From positions 11,594,001 to 11,658,000 of the forward strand of contig CP075494.1 in NCBI GenBank assembly GCA_021613535.1: 64,000 nt of DNA. Reading direction: 5' to 3'. The notes below the pieces were generated by a model. It searched no databases. It worked only from the letters and a program-made list of their open reading frames with translations, and was not told where the DNA came from. The DNA comes from Adineta vaga. Taxonomy: Eukaryota; Animalia; Rotifera. Shown here piece by piece: positions 27,701 through 41,443 of this stretch. Positions within the stretch are counted from its first letter, which is position 1. Every line of letters begins with the position of its first letter. Position numbers and translations under genes: made by a program.

Positions 27701-29465
27701 TACAACAAGTAATATAAGGAACATATTGAATTCTTCCACATGACTTTCTCGAATATCCAAAATTTGATGCAATAAATGACGATTATCCATGAGCAATTCT
27801 TCTTGTTTTCTAATATTCGAAAAGTTCATTATGTACATATCTTTATTTTTGAATATCTTACTTTGAATCATCAGCACGCATCTCTGCAACGAATATATCT
27901 TGCATTGTTGAAGCTAAATGTCTTATTCTCTTCTTATCAATTTCTACGTTGAACAAAAATTATGAACAATTTTTTTTCTTAACAATAAGAATTAACCTTA
28001 CCAACGTTAATAAAACAATTCATTGGAAATTTTGCAAATAAATCAGTTGCCTATGTGGATGATACATGTTTTAAGAAAAGGAAATATTTCGCACATTTTT
28101 ATCGTACCTTTTGTCCAAATAATCCATTAACAGAACGATCTTTAAGATTTGTTGGCATAAATATATCTCGTGCTAGTTTTCGTCGCTAAATAGAATACAA
28201 TGACATCATATTTTTCGTAGAAATTTATGTTTTACCACTGGTTTTTTTGCTAATAATGATTGTGTGAAGAAGTCATCAACTTGTTCACGTTCTGAGGCTA
28301 CAATTTAACCACTCAGATTCGTTGGTCTCATTTTTTATAAATAACTTACTCGAAATAAAAACACCATCACACATCCAAATACGTGGTAAACAATCGAGTA
28401 CATGTTGTCGATCTATAGATGAAAATCAATGTATGTAGTATCGAGTTATTCATTATTTCATATATATTTATCTTTACAATTTAGGTCAGAATCTAATGCA
28501 GTATTTCCATCAAGTCTCAAATTAAGAATAAACATATGACGAATATGTTGTAATTCAATCCATGGTAAAAGATTATTCGAAAGTATTAGTGAACCAAGTG
28601 CTATAAAACGTGACAAATGTTGTAGACTTTGAATCTAATAGATGAAAAAGAATAAGATTGAATAGAATAAATTAAAATCAAATGAAATCTACTTGATTAT
28701 TGCCCACATCAAGTTTCCATAGTCTTTTGATATGTTCAACACCGGCTAATGTTGTTAAGGAATTTCCATTACATATAAGAATTTGTAAGTGTTCATATTG
28801 AGGCACTTGAAATAACGTGACTAAATAAAGATGATATTTGTTATTTAAGTCTAAATATTCATGCCGAGAAGTGTAGGACCGTATAGATTATATTCAGTTT
28901 AATCTAGGTTCTATGCAAATGTAACCCTAGGACAAACTGAGTCCTTAATGATAACCTTGACAGTCTACAACTTCCGAAAGAAAAACAATATTTATTAACA
29001 AATGGTGTTATTTGTGTGTCTAAAATCTATTTATATTACGTGTATTTCGATCGTCTTAAACTTCAAACGCTAAATATTTACTTTCTCTTCTTCTCTCAAT
29101 CGATTTTCCCGTTTCTTCTGTAAATATGAATAAATATGATGTGATTACTCTTCACAAACGACAAAGTCGCTCTTTTTCTTTTATATCTCTAAGGTCACAT
29201 CTTCGAAAAGAAAACAAATAGTTCATTATATGATTTCATCAAATATCCAGATGATTATATATATAAGCGAGGAAAAGTTGAAAATCAATTCTCTTACTTA
29301 TTTTTGTATTACTAAAATTTGCATATTCACTTTTCTCTTCGTCATTGTGAGATCGATTTAATGACGACTGAAAGTGAAGAGCAAAACAAACATCGTTTAA
29401 TTAACAAAGCCTTAATTCGTTATGAGACAAAAAAAACTTACTCGAAGAGAACCTTTCATAGTCAT
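24786..29465 (-). CDS. Large multi-exon protein with N-terminal leucine-rich repeats (probably ciliary)
   Basis: Spliced exons give HLQILICNGNSLTTLAGVEHIKRLWKLDVGNNQIQSLQHLSRFIALGSLILSNNLL...LRLDGN...YRQHVLDCLPRIWMCDG (SDS22-like LRRs plus LRRcap). Start inferred at MTMKGSLR. Confidence 0.72.
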
Positions 29466-29681
29466 TAGCTGCACATGATAAGTTCAATTAATTAAAAAAG
29501 TTTCTTTCCAACTAAAAGGAATCAATAGTTTATTGTTTGAATTAAATTTAAATAGAAAAGTTAAAAGAAAAAAGCATGCACTCTGTATGGTACGGAGTAT
29601 TTCAATGAATCAGCTGTTTCTTTTTTTATATAAACTATCACTTCGACACACACATAGAGTAGATGTCCATTCATAAATTCA

Positions 29682-29694
29682 GTTTCCTAGCAAC
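29682..29694. promoter_or_regulatory. RFX X-box motif GTTTCCTAGCAAC
   Basis: Matches the X-box consensus (reverse complement GTTGCTAGGAAAC). Lies in the divergent promoter about 220 bp upstream of the LRR gene's inferred start. Confidence 0.55.
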
Positions 29695-29903
29695 TACCTT
29701 CTTTCTATTCGAAGATAAAGTTATATTTGCTAGTTATATGTAATATTCTGCGATAGTAGCGCTCAATTCAAGATTCGTCAGAATTCTTTTCCTATGTAGT
29801 TTATTTCAGGATGTATACCATACTGTAAAAATATATATAAATATAGGCCAATAATATTTCTACGTCATTTAGTTTATTTGTTATTTACGAAGGTTCATTG
29901 AAC

Positions 29904-31906
29904 ATGACAGATAATATTCGTCAACGAAAGCGAATTGATGATGCAAATTTTCTATCATCAAAAGATGATATTAATCGACATATTGACATCGAGCAAGATG
30001 ACCGTCGATCTCGTCCTCGATCTACAATAACATTATCGTAAGTAGTTTTCTTCTGAAACTAATTCACTCATGTTTTTTTTTATTATTCCATCGAATTATC
30101 AAACAATTGAGAATGATCTATTATGATCGATAGACGATAGTACGAACTTTGAGATTTGTAAAAGGTTATCAAAGAGATAAGATAATAAAATAATCAATGA
30201 AAACATTTCGTTAAATAGAAATCAATACATTCTAAAACCTTTTTTCTTTCTATCTAGACAAACATGTTTGGGTACATTGGCTATTATGATGCTAGCTTTG
30301 TTAGCTTATATACAATTTGCATTGCCTCACGAAGATCATATGACAAAACAGTAAGTGAGAACAAAGGAGGTTTTTTTGAATATCAATATTTATTTCAATT
30401 AAATACTTTTTCTTTGTTAGTTTTCCGGCTTCATTACCGACAATGGATGGTGCACCTTTACTCGTGAATGATTTTCTTGCTCATAGCCAACGAATTTATG
30501 TTGGTGAAGGACCAGAATCGATTGAACCATTAAATGGTAGGTTTCATTTAATTTTTCAAATTCATTTTATGAAAATCAAACTTAGGTTTGCTATATACTG
30601 GTCTAAAAAATGGCTCAATTATTGAACTTGACCCAGTGACAAAAAAAACTCGTATCATTTACTCATCACTTAGTATTGATGACCATTTACTTACTTGTGG
30701 TAGGGAATCATCTTCAGTATTATGATTGCATATAATTATCTCTGCGATTTAGGAAAAGATCATTTAGAACATGTATGTGGTCGTCCTTTGGGTATTCGAC
30801 GTTTTTCCGATGATGAACTTGTTATTGTTCAAGCTTATCATGGTCTATTCAAACTGAATGTTAAAACAAGTATGTCAATAAACTATTTTTTAATTAACTA
30901 CTACAGTACATAGTATGAAATCATTACTTTTTCTCGATATGGAAATAAACTAGAAAGAAGAGAGTGATAATGATTCAGCACTAAAATTATTTCTTATCAT
31001 TTTCTTTAGAAAAACTGACTCAATTAATTGGTGCAGATGATAAACGTTTTGGCTCACGTCCACTAAGATTTGTGAATGATGTTGATATACTTGATGGACG
31101 TTATCTCTTTTTTACTGATTCTGATTGGCTTTATCCACGAAAAGAATTCATGTCCTCACTTCTTCATGCTGAAGCTCGTGGAAGGTAAACTTACACAAAT
31201 TCTTTTCGATTTCGATTTTGTAAATTTCTCTTCTCATTTAGATTGATTCGTTTTGACCTTGAAACGGGTAAAGTACGCATTCTTGATGATCAGCTTGTCT
31301 TTCCTAATGGTGTTCAATTGTCTACTGATAAACAATCAGTATTAGTATGTGAAACAGCATTAGCTCGAATTATCCGACATTGGATTAATGGTGATAGTAC
31401 AAAGATAGGAAAGAGTGAAGTTTTTATTGATAATTTACCTGGTCTTCCAGACAATATTCGAACAACTAGCAGTGGAAATTATTGGATTGCTTTTGCTGCT
31501 ATTCGTCATCAAGATAAACCAAGTGTTTTAGACTATTTACGTAATTGGCCAAGATTACGAACGATACTTTCAGTAAGTCTAAAAAAAGAACAATACTTTT
31601 TTTCTAACCAACATTTATTTGCGATCGATTTCCCGTAAAAAAAAGTCATTGATTCGTTATTTCAATATCATAATATTGTCTATGTTTTTTCTTTAGCTTA
31701 TACCTGAACAGCTGAGAAAAATACAAAAACGTTTGCCTCAACATGGTCTTGTTATTGAACTTGATAAAAATACCGGACACATAGTTCGCTCATTACATGA
31801 TGCTGAAGGTTTGGTTGTTCCATCAACCTCACAAGTCACTGAATACGACAATCATCTGTATTTTGGATCCTATTATTTGGAACATATTGCAGTATTCAAG
31901 CTTTAA
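29904..31906 (+). CDS. APMAP: Adipocyte plasma membrane-associated protein / strictosidine synthase-like
   Basis: N-terminal TM, GPESI, CGRPLGIR, FVNDVDILDGRYLFFTDS, LVFPNGVQLS, FIDNLPGLPDNIR...GNYWI, LYFGSY. Confidence 0.9.
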
Positions 31907-32053
31907 TTACTCTTTATCATGACTATTTTTCGTTTAATCTTTATTGTTATTTTACTTTTTTTAATCGGCTTTGTTTTGTTTTATTTTCTACATATTTATA
32001 TTTAGTCTTTGTTGTGAACAGACAACTGACAGTTATGAATTTCGTTCTAGATT

Positions 32054-33172
32054 ATGCTTTCGTGTTTAAAAAGTGCATGCTGTTTACGATTTTTTCAAGG
32101 TTCTAATTATCCTGATGTCATAGTATCACATCGACCAGAAGTAACACTTGATACATCTCGAATGGGCCAAGATGTCGTCGTAGTGAAAAATGGACGACGA
32201 CTATGTGGAACTGGCGGTGCTGTTGCTGTAAATCTTAGCACATTTATTCGTTCTTTTTTTGTCTCATAGATGTCTATTTCTTTTAGAATGCACCGATCGT
32301 ACAAAATAAAGCCTATTTTGAAGTCAAATTACAAACACAAGGTTTGAAAACAATTTGTTGTTCGTTTATTGTTTTTTTTCAATTTTCTTCTCCCTAATAG
32401 GTACCTGGGGAATTGGTTTAGGTACTCGACGTGCGAATTTATCAAAAGTTCCGTTAGGTACTGATAGTGAAACATGGATTATGGATCAATATGGTCAAGT
32501 TAAACACGATAATAAAGTACTTAGTCAGTTTAGAACTACTATAGAAGAAGGCGATGTGATTGTAAGTATATTTGATTTCAAATCAGTTTCATGTTATACA
32601 TAAGTACTGTCGAAATCGTGAAAGTATGAGTCTGACGAGAAAGTATCATTTGTACGCTAGAATTATTTTACTGACTGATACATTAGATCACATACAACAA
32701 TATATCAACATAAGATATAGTCTCATTATCAATGAGAATAGAACGATACCCTGGAGATAGTTCTCGATATTAATGAATTGATGACAGTTATGTTATCGAG
32801 ATAAACTAAGTGAAAAAGCAAAAGCGATTCTTGTTGATAGATTTGTTTTGCAGCTATATGAAAAGTACATATATTTGAATAAAAAAAATAAATGAAAATT
32901 TAATATCTTTTATTAGGGTTTTGCATATGATCATGAAATATTTCGTGTTTTTGTGAATGGAACCGAACAAGAACCGTCTTGTCGTGTTGCTACACGTGGA
33001 ACTGTCTTTCCAATATTCTACGTTGATGAAGGTTTGTATATTGATTGATATGGATTATTTGTTCAAATTCTTTTTTTTTATAGGTGCGATACTCGATATA
33101 CAATTTTCCACTTTTTATTTTCCTCCACCAGAAGGTTATGATCGTATTCTCTTAGAAAAATCACTCATCTAA
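32054..33172 (+). CDS. SPRYD7: SPRY domain-containing protein 7
   Basis: LDTSRMGQDVVVVKNGRRLCGTGGAVANAPIVQNKAYFEVKLQTQGTWGIGL...GTVFPIFYVDEGAILDIQFSTFYFPPPEGYDRILLEKSLI*. Confidence 0.92.
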
Positions 33173-33365
33173 AGAACAAAAACCATTTCAAATTTTAAAC
33201 AGTGACATATTGTCTGTATATAATTACGTATGTTCTAGAATACTCGTTTGTTTTCTTGTTTCGTTTCTCGATCATTCAGATATTTATCGTAGGTGTTCTT
33301 TTTTTCTCTTTCTGAACAAAAAAAAAAGACAAATCATTTCTCAATCTATCGTTTCTTTTTTGAAG

Positions 33366-35144
33366 ATGTATCGCTCATGCTTTCGTCGATATGCGTCAAC
33401 ATTTTCCCTTCGCTATACGACCAAAAATGAACCAATACTTGACTATCGTCAAGGTAGTAAAGAACTTAAACAAGTTCAAACTGCTCTTGATGAATATAAA
33501 TCAAAAGTTACACGCATTCCATGTATCGTTGATGGAAAAGAAATCTGGACAAGCAATACTCAAAAACAAGTTCTTCCATTTGATCATAAACATGTTTTAG
33601 CAGAATATTGTTATGCAGATGGACCACTTCTTCAAAAAGCAATTGAGAGTGCAGTTCAAAATCAATACAAATGGGATTTATTGCCGATTGAACAACGTGC
33701 CAATATATTTCTTAAAGTCGGATTTGTTTTATTTTTCTTATCGAGTAGAGAAAGGCTAAGTTTCATTGTTTGTTTTAGGCAGCTGATATTGCCGCTGATT
33801 TTAAATGGCGTTCTCGTTTAGTTGCCACAACAATGCTTGGTCAAGGTAAAACTGTTTTTCAAGCAGAAATCGATGCAGCCTGTGAATTAGTTGATTTTTG
33901 GCGTTTCAATGCACAACATCTTGCATCAGCCATGGCCTATCAACCAATCAGCACTAAAGATTCAGATAATAGTTACATACATCGTGGTCTAGAAGGTTTC
34001 GTTGCAACTATATCTCCATTCAATTTCACTGCGATTGGTGGTAACCTTGCTTCAGCTCCAGCCTTAATGGGTAATACTGTAGTATGGAAACCGTCAGATA
34101 CGGCTCTTTTATCGAGTTATGTTGTTTATCAAATTTTGGAAGAAGCTGGTCTTCCACCCGGTGTCATTCAATTTGTGCCTTCTCAAGGTGAAGAATTTGG
34201 TAGAAAAATTACTCAATCACCTGATCTTGCAGCTATTACATTTACGGGTAGCACGAAAACTTTCAAAGTAAGTGTAAACGAAACATCAAAGAAAAAAGGA
34301 TAATAATCTTATATTTTTCTTTGTATAGACTCTATGGAAATGGGTAGCAGATAATCTGGATAATTATCGAACATTTCCACGTTTAATTGGTGAATGTGGT
34401 GGTAAAAATTTTCATTTAGTTCATCCAACTGCAGATTTAACTACAGTAGTGAATGGAACAGTACGTTCATCTTTTGAGTATAGTGGACAAAAATGTTCCG
34501 CTTGTTCTCGTCTTTATATTCCACGTTCATTATCAAAAGAATTCTTCTCACAAATGAAAACAATTCTGACCGATCAATTACGTATTGATACACCTTTGAA
34601 ATTCGACACATTTACATCAGCTGTGATTGATCGTGCTTCATTCAATCGTATCAAAGCTTATATTGATTATGCTCGATCATCTTCTTCAGCAAAAATTGTA
34701 ATCGGTGGAGAATATGATGATTCCGTAGGATATTATATTCAACCAACTGTAATTGAAGTAACAGATTCAAAAGATAAATTAATGAAAGAAGAAATCTTCG
34801 GTCCTGTTGCCACAGTTTATGTATATGACGATAATAAATTTGATGAAACAGTCGATTTAGTTAATCAAACATCAAATTATGCATTAACTGGCTCAATCTT
34901 TTGTCAGGATAAGAAAATTCTTGAAAAAACACGTCAACGTCTAATTAATGCAGCTGGTAATCTCTATCTAAATGATAAATCAACTGGTTCAGTTGTAAAT
35001 CAACAACCATTTGGTGGAGCACGTTTATCCGGTACAAATGATAAAGCTGGTGGACCACATTATATCTTTCGATTTTCATCTCCTTTAGCAATAAAAAATA
35101 TGAAAGAACCACTCAAAACATTTAAACATGTTTCAATGGAATAA
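33366..35144 (+). CDS. ALDH4A1: Delta-1-pyrroline-5-carboxylate dehydrogenase, mitochondrial
   Basis: Presequence MYRSCFRRYAST, GQGKTVFQAEIDAACELVDFWRFN, SPFNFTAIGGNL, GECGGKNFH, FEYSGQKCSACSR, EEIFGP, QQPFGGARLSGTNDKAGG. Confidence 0.97.
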
Positions 35145-35370
35145 GATCTTTTATTTTCCTCCTATTTAATCTCATTTTTGTTTAGTCTTTTCAAATTATT
35201 CCATTGATTTTGTTTTGTGATCTGTCCACATTGTTTTTAATCGATTCTCAATAAAGATTTGCCTATTTTGATTATAATTGATCAATTTCTTATCTCTAAA
35301 TGATCTGCAAAAGAATCAATCACATAAATATTTATTTTGTAGTATATAACTATAAAGAATTTAAAAAAAA

Positions 35371-36479
35371 ATGTCGATAGACATTGACTATGCAAAATTT
35401 TATGATTGGATTCGAAAGAAGAATGGTTATATTCATGAAGATATAAAAATTGATACGAAAGAAGAACGTGGACTTTTTACTACGAATACGATTGAATCTC
35501 ATATTGCTCTTGCAATTATTCCATGGTCATTAGTAGTAAATAATCAACATGCGGATTTGTTAACCATTCGGACAGATACAGAACGACAAGCATTAATTGT
35601 ATTTCTATCACGTGAATATAGTAAACAAGACGAATCAGCATGGTTTCCTTGGATAAAACTATTGAATATTGACAAAGAAGCAGATGAATTATTGAAAATT
35701 AAAATGAATCTATTCAATTCTGTGGAGCATAGTACATTAGGTCAAGCACTAACAGCACGATATCAACAACTTGAACAAGAATATGCATATCTATGTCAAT
35801 CTGAAATGATAAATATCAATTTTGAATTATTTTGTGCTATTGATCATATCGTATGGTCTCGAATATTAGATCTACCCGAGAATGAACCACTCTCATTAGT
35901 ACCATTCATTGATTTTGCTAATCATAGGTATGTTACTTCATTTTCACATACTCTCAAAAGATTTGCATTGGTTTAACTAGTTTCAATGCGAATGCACGTT
36001 GGTTCATTGATGATACTACACATAATTTAATTCTTCGATCTGAACGAGTGCTAAAGATAGATGAAGAAATCACAATCTGTTATGGTACAAAATCAAATGA
36101 AGAATTATTATATTTATATGGTTTTGCTCTATCAACGAATCCCTACGATCGTGTTACATTGCCTGTTAGTTTATCACCTGATGATGCGTTACTCGAAGAT
36201 AAACTTCATCTTGTCAAAGAATTAAATTTACCACCTCGATTAACTTTCAATATCAATGGTCATTTGACTGATGAGTCAAATCGATTAGTAAAAATTCTAA
36301 GTGCACAAACACAAGCAACTATAGATCAAGAGAATGAATATTATAAGCCGTATCTTCGAAATTTATTGAATGAATATCTCGATAATTTAAATCTTTGTTC
36401 TGACCAGGAGATATTTACTAAATATTATTTAGATAGTCAAAAATTGATTGTTCAAAAAGTATTAGATAATTTAAAATAA
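35371..36479 (+). CDS. SET-domain protein-lysine methyltransferase (Rubisco-LSMT/Rkm/SETD3-4-6-type), 2 exons
   Basis: ERGLFTT, SLVPFIDFANH, EEITICYGTKSNEELLYLYGF...NPYD. Confidence 0.85.
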
Positions 36480-36582
36480 AATCACGGTCAAATACTTTTA
36501 TTTAAAAAAAAAAAGAAAAGAAGACTAGAAAATTAAGAAAATAATCAATTGACTGAAAGAAAAAATAACTACAACGGAATTA

Positions 36583-39394
36583 TTACAATGGCACAACCAT
36601 GCCAACACTAACTGTATGATCTGGTGATAAATGGAGATTTTTTTGACCAAATGGAAATATATTTTTCAAGAATGCATAGATCAATAGAATTGATTTACAT
36701 GGTAGAGCACGCCATCCTTTACGTACAACTCGAACAGTAATAGCTGGAATAAAAAATGTAACATTTCGACTTTCTGGTACGGGAACACTGTGTTCTTTTG
36801 CAGCTAATTCCAAGCTAGATTAGTAAGAAAAAATGAACAATGAAATCATTTCAGGAATAAGCTCTCAATTAACTTACATATCCAGGAGATGAATTTTATG
36901 TTCGGAATAGCCATAACGTGCCGTAATATGATAGAAATGCCGTTCATCTGATCCATATTTTTGAACTTTTAATCGTTGACTAATATCGACAATTGGAATA
37001 CGTGCATATTCGAGTTTTAAAAAGATTGGTACTTGTGGAAGCTATAATAAAATGAAAACTTTTAAGCATAGAAAATTCTACTCATGTCTACATACTGCAT
37101 GAATACGTGCTAGAACACGTTCAAATACATGTGGTGTATGTCTTGATGAAGTCGTTAAAAAAACACCAAGACCAGGAGTAATTGTGAAGACAACATGACC
37201 AGTTAAACTTGTACGAAAGACACTATCTTCACCATGACCATTCACTGATGAATTGTGACTTTCATCCTTTTCATCGCTTAATAAAGATGCCGATGGTGGA
37301 AGTATATTGATAAGTGGTATTGTTCGACGTGCATCTTCTTCATCACTATTCGTCATTTGACGTTCCAATGCTAAACTTTTCGATCGTTGCAATTCTTCAT
37401 TTTTTGTTTCTGTAATAATTGTATTTGTTCCATTTAAGAAACCTAAACGTGCAGGTAATTGAAAAAGAGCAGTTGTTTGCGCATAACAATGAAGGTGCTG
37501 ACGAAGTAATGTCTGACCATGATACCATGAAAAACCAAGAATAAAAAAAAATATTGCGATCAATAAAGCAACCCAACCACCTTCGAAAAATTTCACAGCA
37601 TTTGCGGCAAGAAAATAAACATCAATAAAAAGAAATAAACCAAAAAGGATTACACGTATCCAATGATGTTTCCATACATAACGCATAACACACATGTAGA
37701 GTATTGTTGTAATTAACATATCGGAACAAACAGTAACACCATCTAAAAGAAACAATGTTCAGTTCATATCCAATATCATCGATTTCTTTACTTACAAGCA
37801 TGTGCTAAATGACTACTACTACGAAAATATAAAGTAATAGATATTGTAATTAACATAACGATCCAATTGATAGCCTTGAAGAAAAAGAACAAGGTATCTG
37901 CTCTTTTTTTCAATCTGTTACTAGAAAAAAATCTCTTACCGGAACATAAATTTGCCCAATAACTTTTTTACTAGTATGGATGACTCGTAATGGTGGAGAA
38001 AAGCCAAGAGAAGCTGCTTGACTCAATAACGAAAAAACACCGGTGATAATTGCCTGCGAAGCAATAACTAAAAAGATTGAATGAATATGAATACGAAAGC
38101 TATAATGATATCTATTTACTAGTTGCTATTGTAGCAAGAATAATCAATGGCCAACGAGCCCAATCTGGAGCAGCATTATAGAATGGATTAGAAATTGCTT
38201 CAGGATGTCGCATGATGAATGCTCCTTGACCAAGATAATTAGACATAACAGATGGTAATACAATACATAACCAACTAGTTCGTATCGGCCATCGACCAAA
38301 GTGTCCTAAGAAAAATTCAATATTATTTTAATTGAAAGTTCTGTAAGTTACCCAAGTCTGCATACAATGCTTCGAGACCAGTAACGGATAGAAAGACACC
38401 TCCTAAATAAGAAAATAAAAATAAGTATTACGATCTCTGAATATTATTTGTATTACCAATTTGAAGAAATCCTTTTCGTTTTTCTCGAATTAAATAGCTG
38501 ATTGCTTCCCATGGATTAAATGCTCGAAGAATCGCTGGTTCAAAAGTAATACGCCAAATACCAATGGAAAATAAAACACCAAACCAAACAATCATTATTG
38601 GTGCAAATGTTAACCCTAATTGTTATGAAATAAAGAGAAGAATTATGTTGTACAAAAACTAAATTTTATTTACCAATCTTTCCTGATCCAAACATTTGTA
38701 CAACGAATAAACCAATAATAATTAAAATTGTGATTGGTAAAACCCATTTTTGTAATTTTACCGATGTTGTCGCTAGACCTTCCACTGCCGATAGAACACT
38801 AATCGCTGGAGTTAGTGCTCCATCACCTAGAATCAAAATAGCGAAAAACGTTGCAAATTATTACAAATCATTAATTACCGATTAGTAATGAAGCAGCAAA
38901 AATTGAGACAATGCTAATAATTTGTTTAGCACGAGCACGTAATCGACTATTTTCTCCAGTTAAAAGACCGCAAAGTGCAAATGTTCCACCTTCACCACGA
39001 TTATCTGCCATTAAAATAAAAACAGAATATTTTATTGACACAACAATAATTAAATTCCATAAAATTAATGATATAGCGCCAATACATTGTTCTTGTGTTG
39101 GACTAGGATTTCCAGCAAAAATTGTATGAATAACATACAGTGGACTTGTACCGATATCACCAAAGATAACGCCAAGTGAACTAATTGTTAATGATAAATA
39201 TAAACGAAAATTATTACGTGGTGAAACTTTCGTGGTGTGTTCTTGAGCTTCTGATATTGATAGAGACGGTTTAATTTTATCATGTATAACGTTTCCATTC
39301 GCTAAACTATCGCTTCTAATTCCAATACTTGTAGAACCTTAAGAGAAATCTTATTAAACAAGAAAAAATGAATGTTTATCTTACTTTGAACCAT
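36583..39394 (-). CDS. kup: KUP/HAK/KT potassium transporter with multiple introns (non-metazoan family)
   Basis: [110 protein letters not shown]. About 10 GT-AG introns. Confidence 0.95.
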
Positions 39395-39689
39395 TATGTG
39401 TAGTAGAAGAAGAAGAAGAACGAAATGAAAATGACTAACACGTTGGAAATAATATGATGAAATTGTATGACGAGTACAAAGAGAAAAAGATATATAGAAT
39501 GTCGTAGAGCGAAAGAGAAAGATATCCTTGAGTGGTGTCGTCTATACATAATTTCTAGTCTCGTCTTAACTACTATATCGACAATAGACAAAGATATTAT
39601 TTGTATGTATATTCAATTCAAAAGACAATTCATGAATCGATTCCAATAAATAACGCGAAAATTTCGAAAAGTACTAATATTGATTATCA

Positions 39690-41037
39690 CTATTGTCTAC
39701 GTTCAAGATTTTTCAACATTGCAAACGAACGTTGATAACGATGACGATGTCGAACATATGAATCTGAAATAGCTGCTGCATAATATGTAAATATTGCAAT
39801 TGTCAATATGTTTTTCATGACAAAAAATAGATTTTCTAATGTACTCGCATCAAATTTGACTACAACAACAATTCGTAAACAAAGTAATAGGCCATCTTCA
39901 CTTGCCATTTGTGCTAAAATACCCCACAATTCAGTACCAAAGACAAAATCAATCATGATTAATAATCGTTCTCGAACTGTTGCCTTTGACCATTGAATGA
40001 TATCATATCGATGATCATGTTTTCGTTTACCAGACAGATTAACACTGAACTGCGACAAAGATATAAAATAAGCAGCTAGAAACAATGAACATTAGAGAAA
40101 TATGAATAGTAATCACAAAACCTACCGATAATGGCTTTCATGATATTTTTGTTTTTCTTTTGAATGAGCTGTTCACTTTGTCCAGCCATTGTCGAAGCAA
40201 AACTATGAACACATGTTGTTTGCCATGAATACAACGAATCATTAAGAATATTTTACTCGACAATATCAGAAGCCGTGGAAATAAAATATGTGATTAACTG
40301 ATCAAGTCCTAAGTTACCAGTGATCATCCTTATCAAATAAAAAGATATACTTTCATACAACAGAGAAAATTTTCGTTTACCATCGAAGACAAATGGTAGT
40401 AAGTACAATGACTTGTTCTAACATTTCATCAGGCATTTGTTTCATCAAACATAGACCATACATACACCAATCATTAGAATTCATATCTTCTTCTAGATCA
40501 CATGTACTATTTGTGATGCCGATGGTAGAAATTGCTTGATCAATTGGACTTTTTTGAAACTTCATGAGATGCAATTGTTTTCTTTCTTTTAGATGCCAAC
40601 ATTTACTAACATAAGATTCTAAGTTGATCTCTGCTTGTCTTGCTTGTAATTTGTTTTCTTTGATAGATTGAACAAAATATGCATATCGTAAAAACCATAA
40701 TGGAGGCATTGTAACTAGAATTGATCGAGAAGTATTTGCAATGTTCATTTATTTCGAATAGCTTACATGTGATGAATATGGCCACGCCTGCATTAATCCA
40801 AAAGTATTCGACTATTTTTTGATACACGTGAATTTTTAATAGGATAATCCACCAATCGATAATAAGAAAGGTTATACCTAAGTAACAGAAGTTTGATAAC
40901 ATCCATAGTTGTTGTTTTTCACACATTGCTCGAGCATAACAGATGATGAGTAGAATAGACATGATAATTCGTGCAAAACCATTTCGTATGACGAAAACGA
41001 TCAGTTCATCTGTACGATAATTATTTTCGTCTCTCAT
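39690..41037 (-). CDS. TMEM26-family membrane protein
   Basis: EQVIVLTTICLRW...DQLITYFISTASDIVE and EDGLLLCLRIVVVVKF...LFFVMKNILTI match TMEM26 motifs (TAADILE, QDGPFL..RL, FF..KN). Confidence 0.7.
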
Positions 41038-41443
41038 CTACGAAACTAAACAGAGAAAGTATTGCAATGATTTTGCGCTTCTTTTCAATCTTTTTTATTA
41101 CTACGCATGTATGAAACAGTACAGCAATAATTGTCCTTCGAATCTTTTGAATTTGTATTAGTGACTTTTTGTTTAGAAATGACCTGATATCTTTAGGAAG
41201 TGAAGCATCGGAATAACTGACGAAAACGAAATGTTTCGAGATGCGATTCATCTTTTTTAGTTTTCTTCTCATGAGTGTATGCAATTATAAAACAACATAA
41301 TTTTAAAACTATCATTATAAGAAAGAAAATCAATTAAAATATGCGTGTTCAAGCATCGACAAAGATACTAATGACGGTTGAAAACAAACTAGAATCTGAA
41401 ATATTTCACATTCTAAAATATTATTTTATTAGAAAAGACGAAG

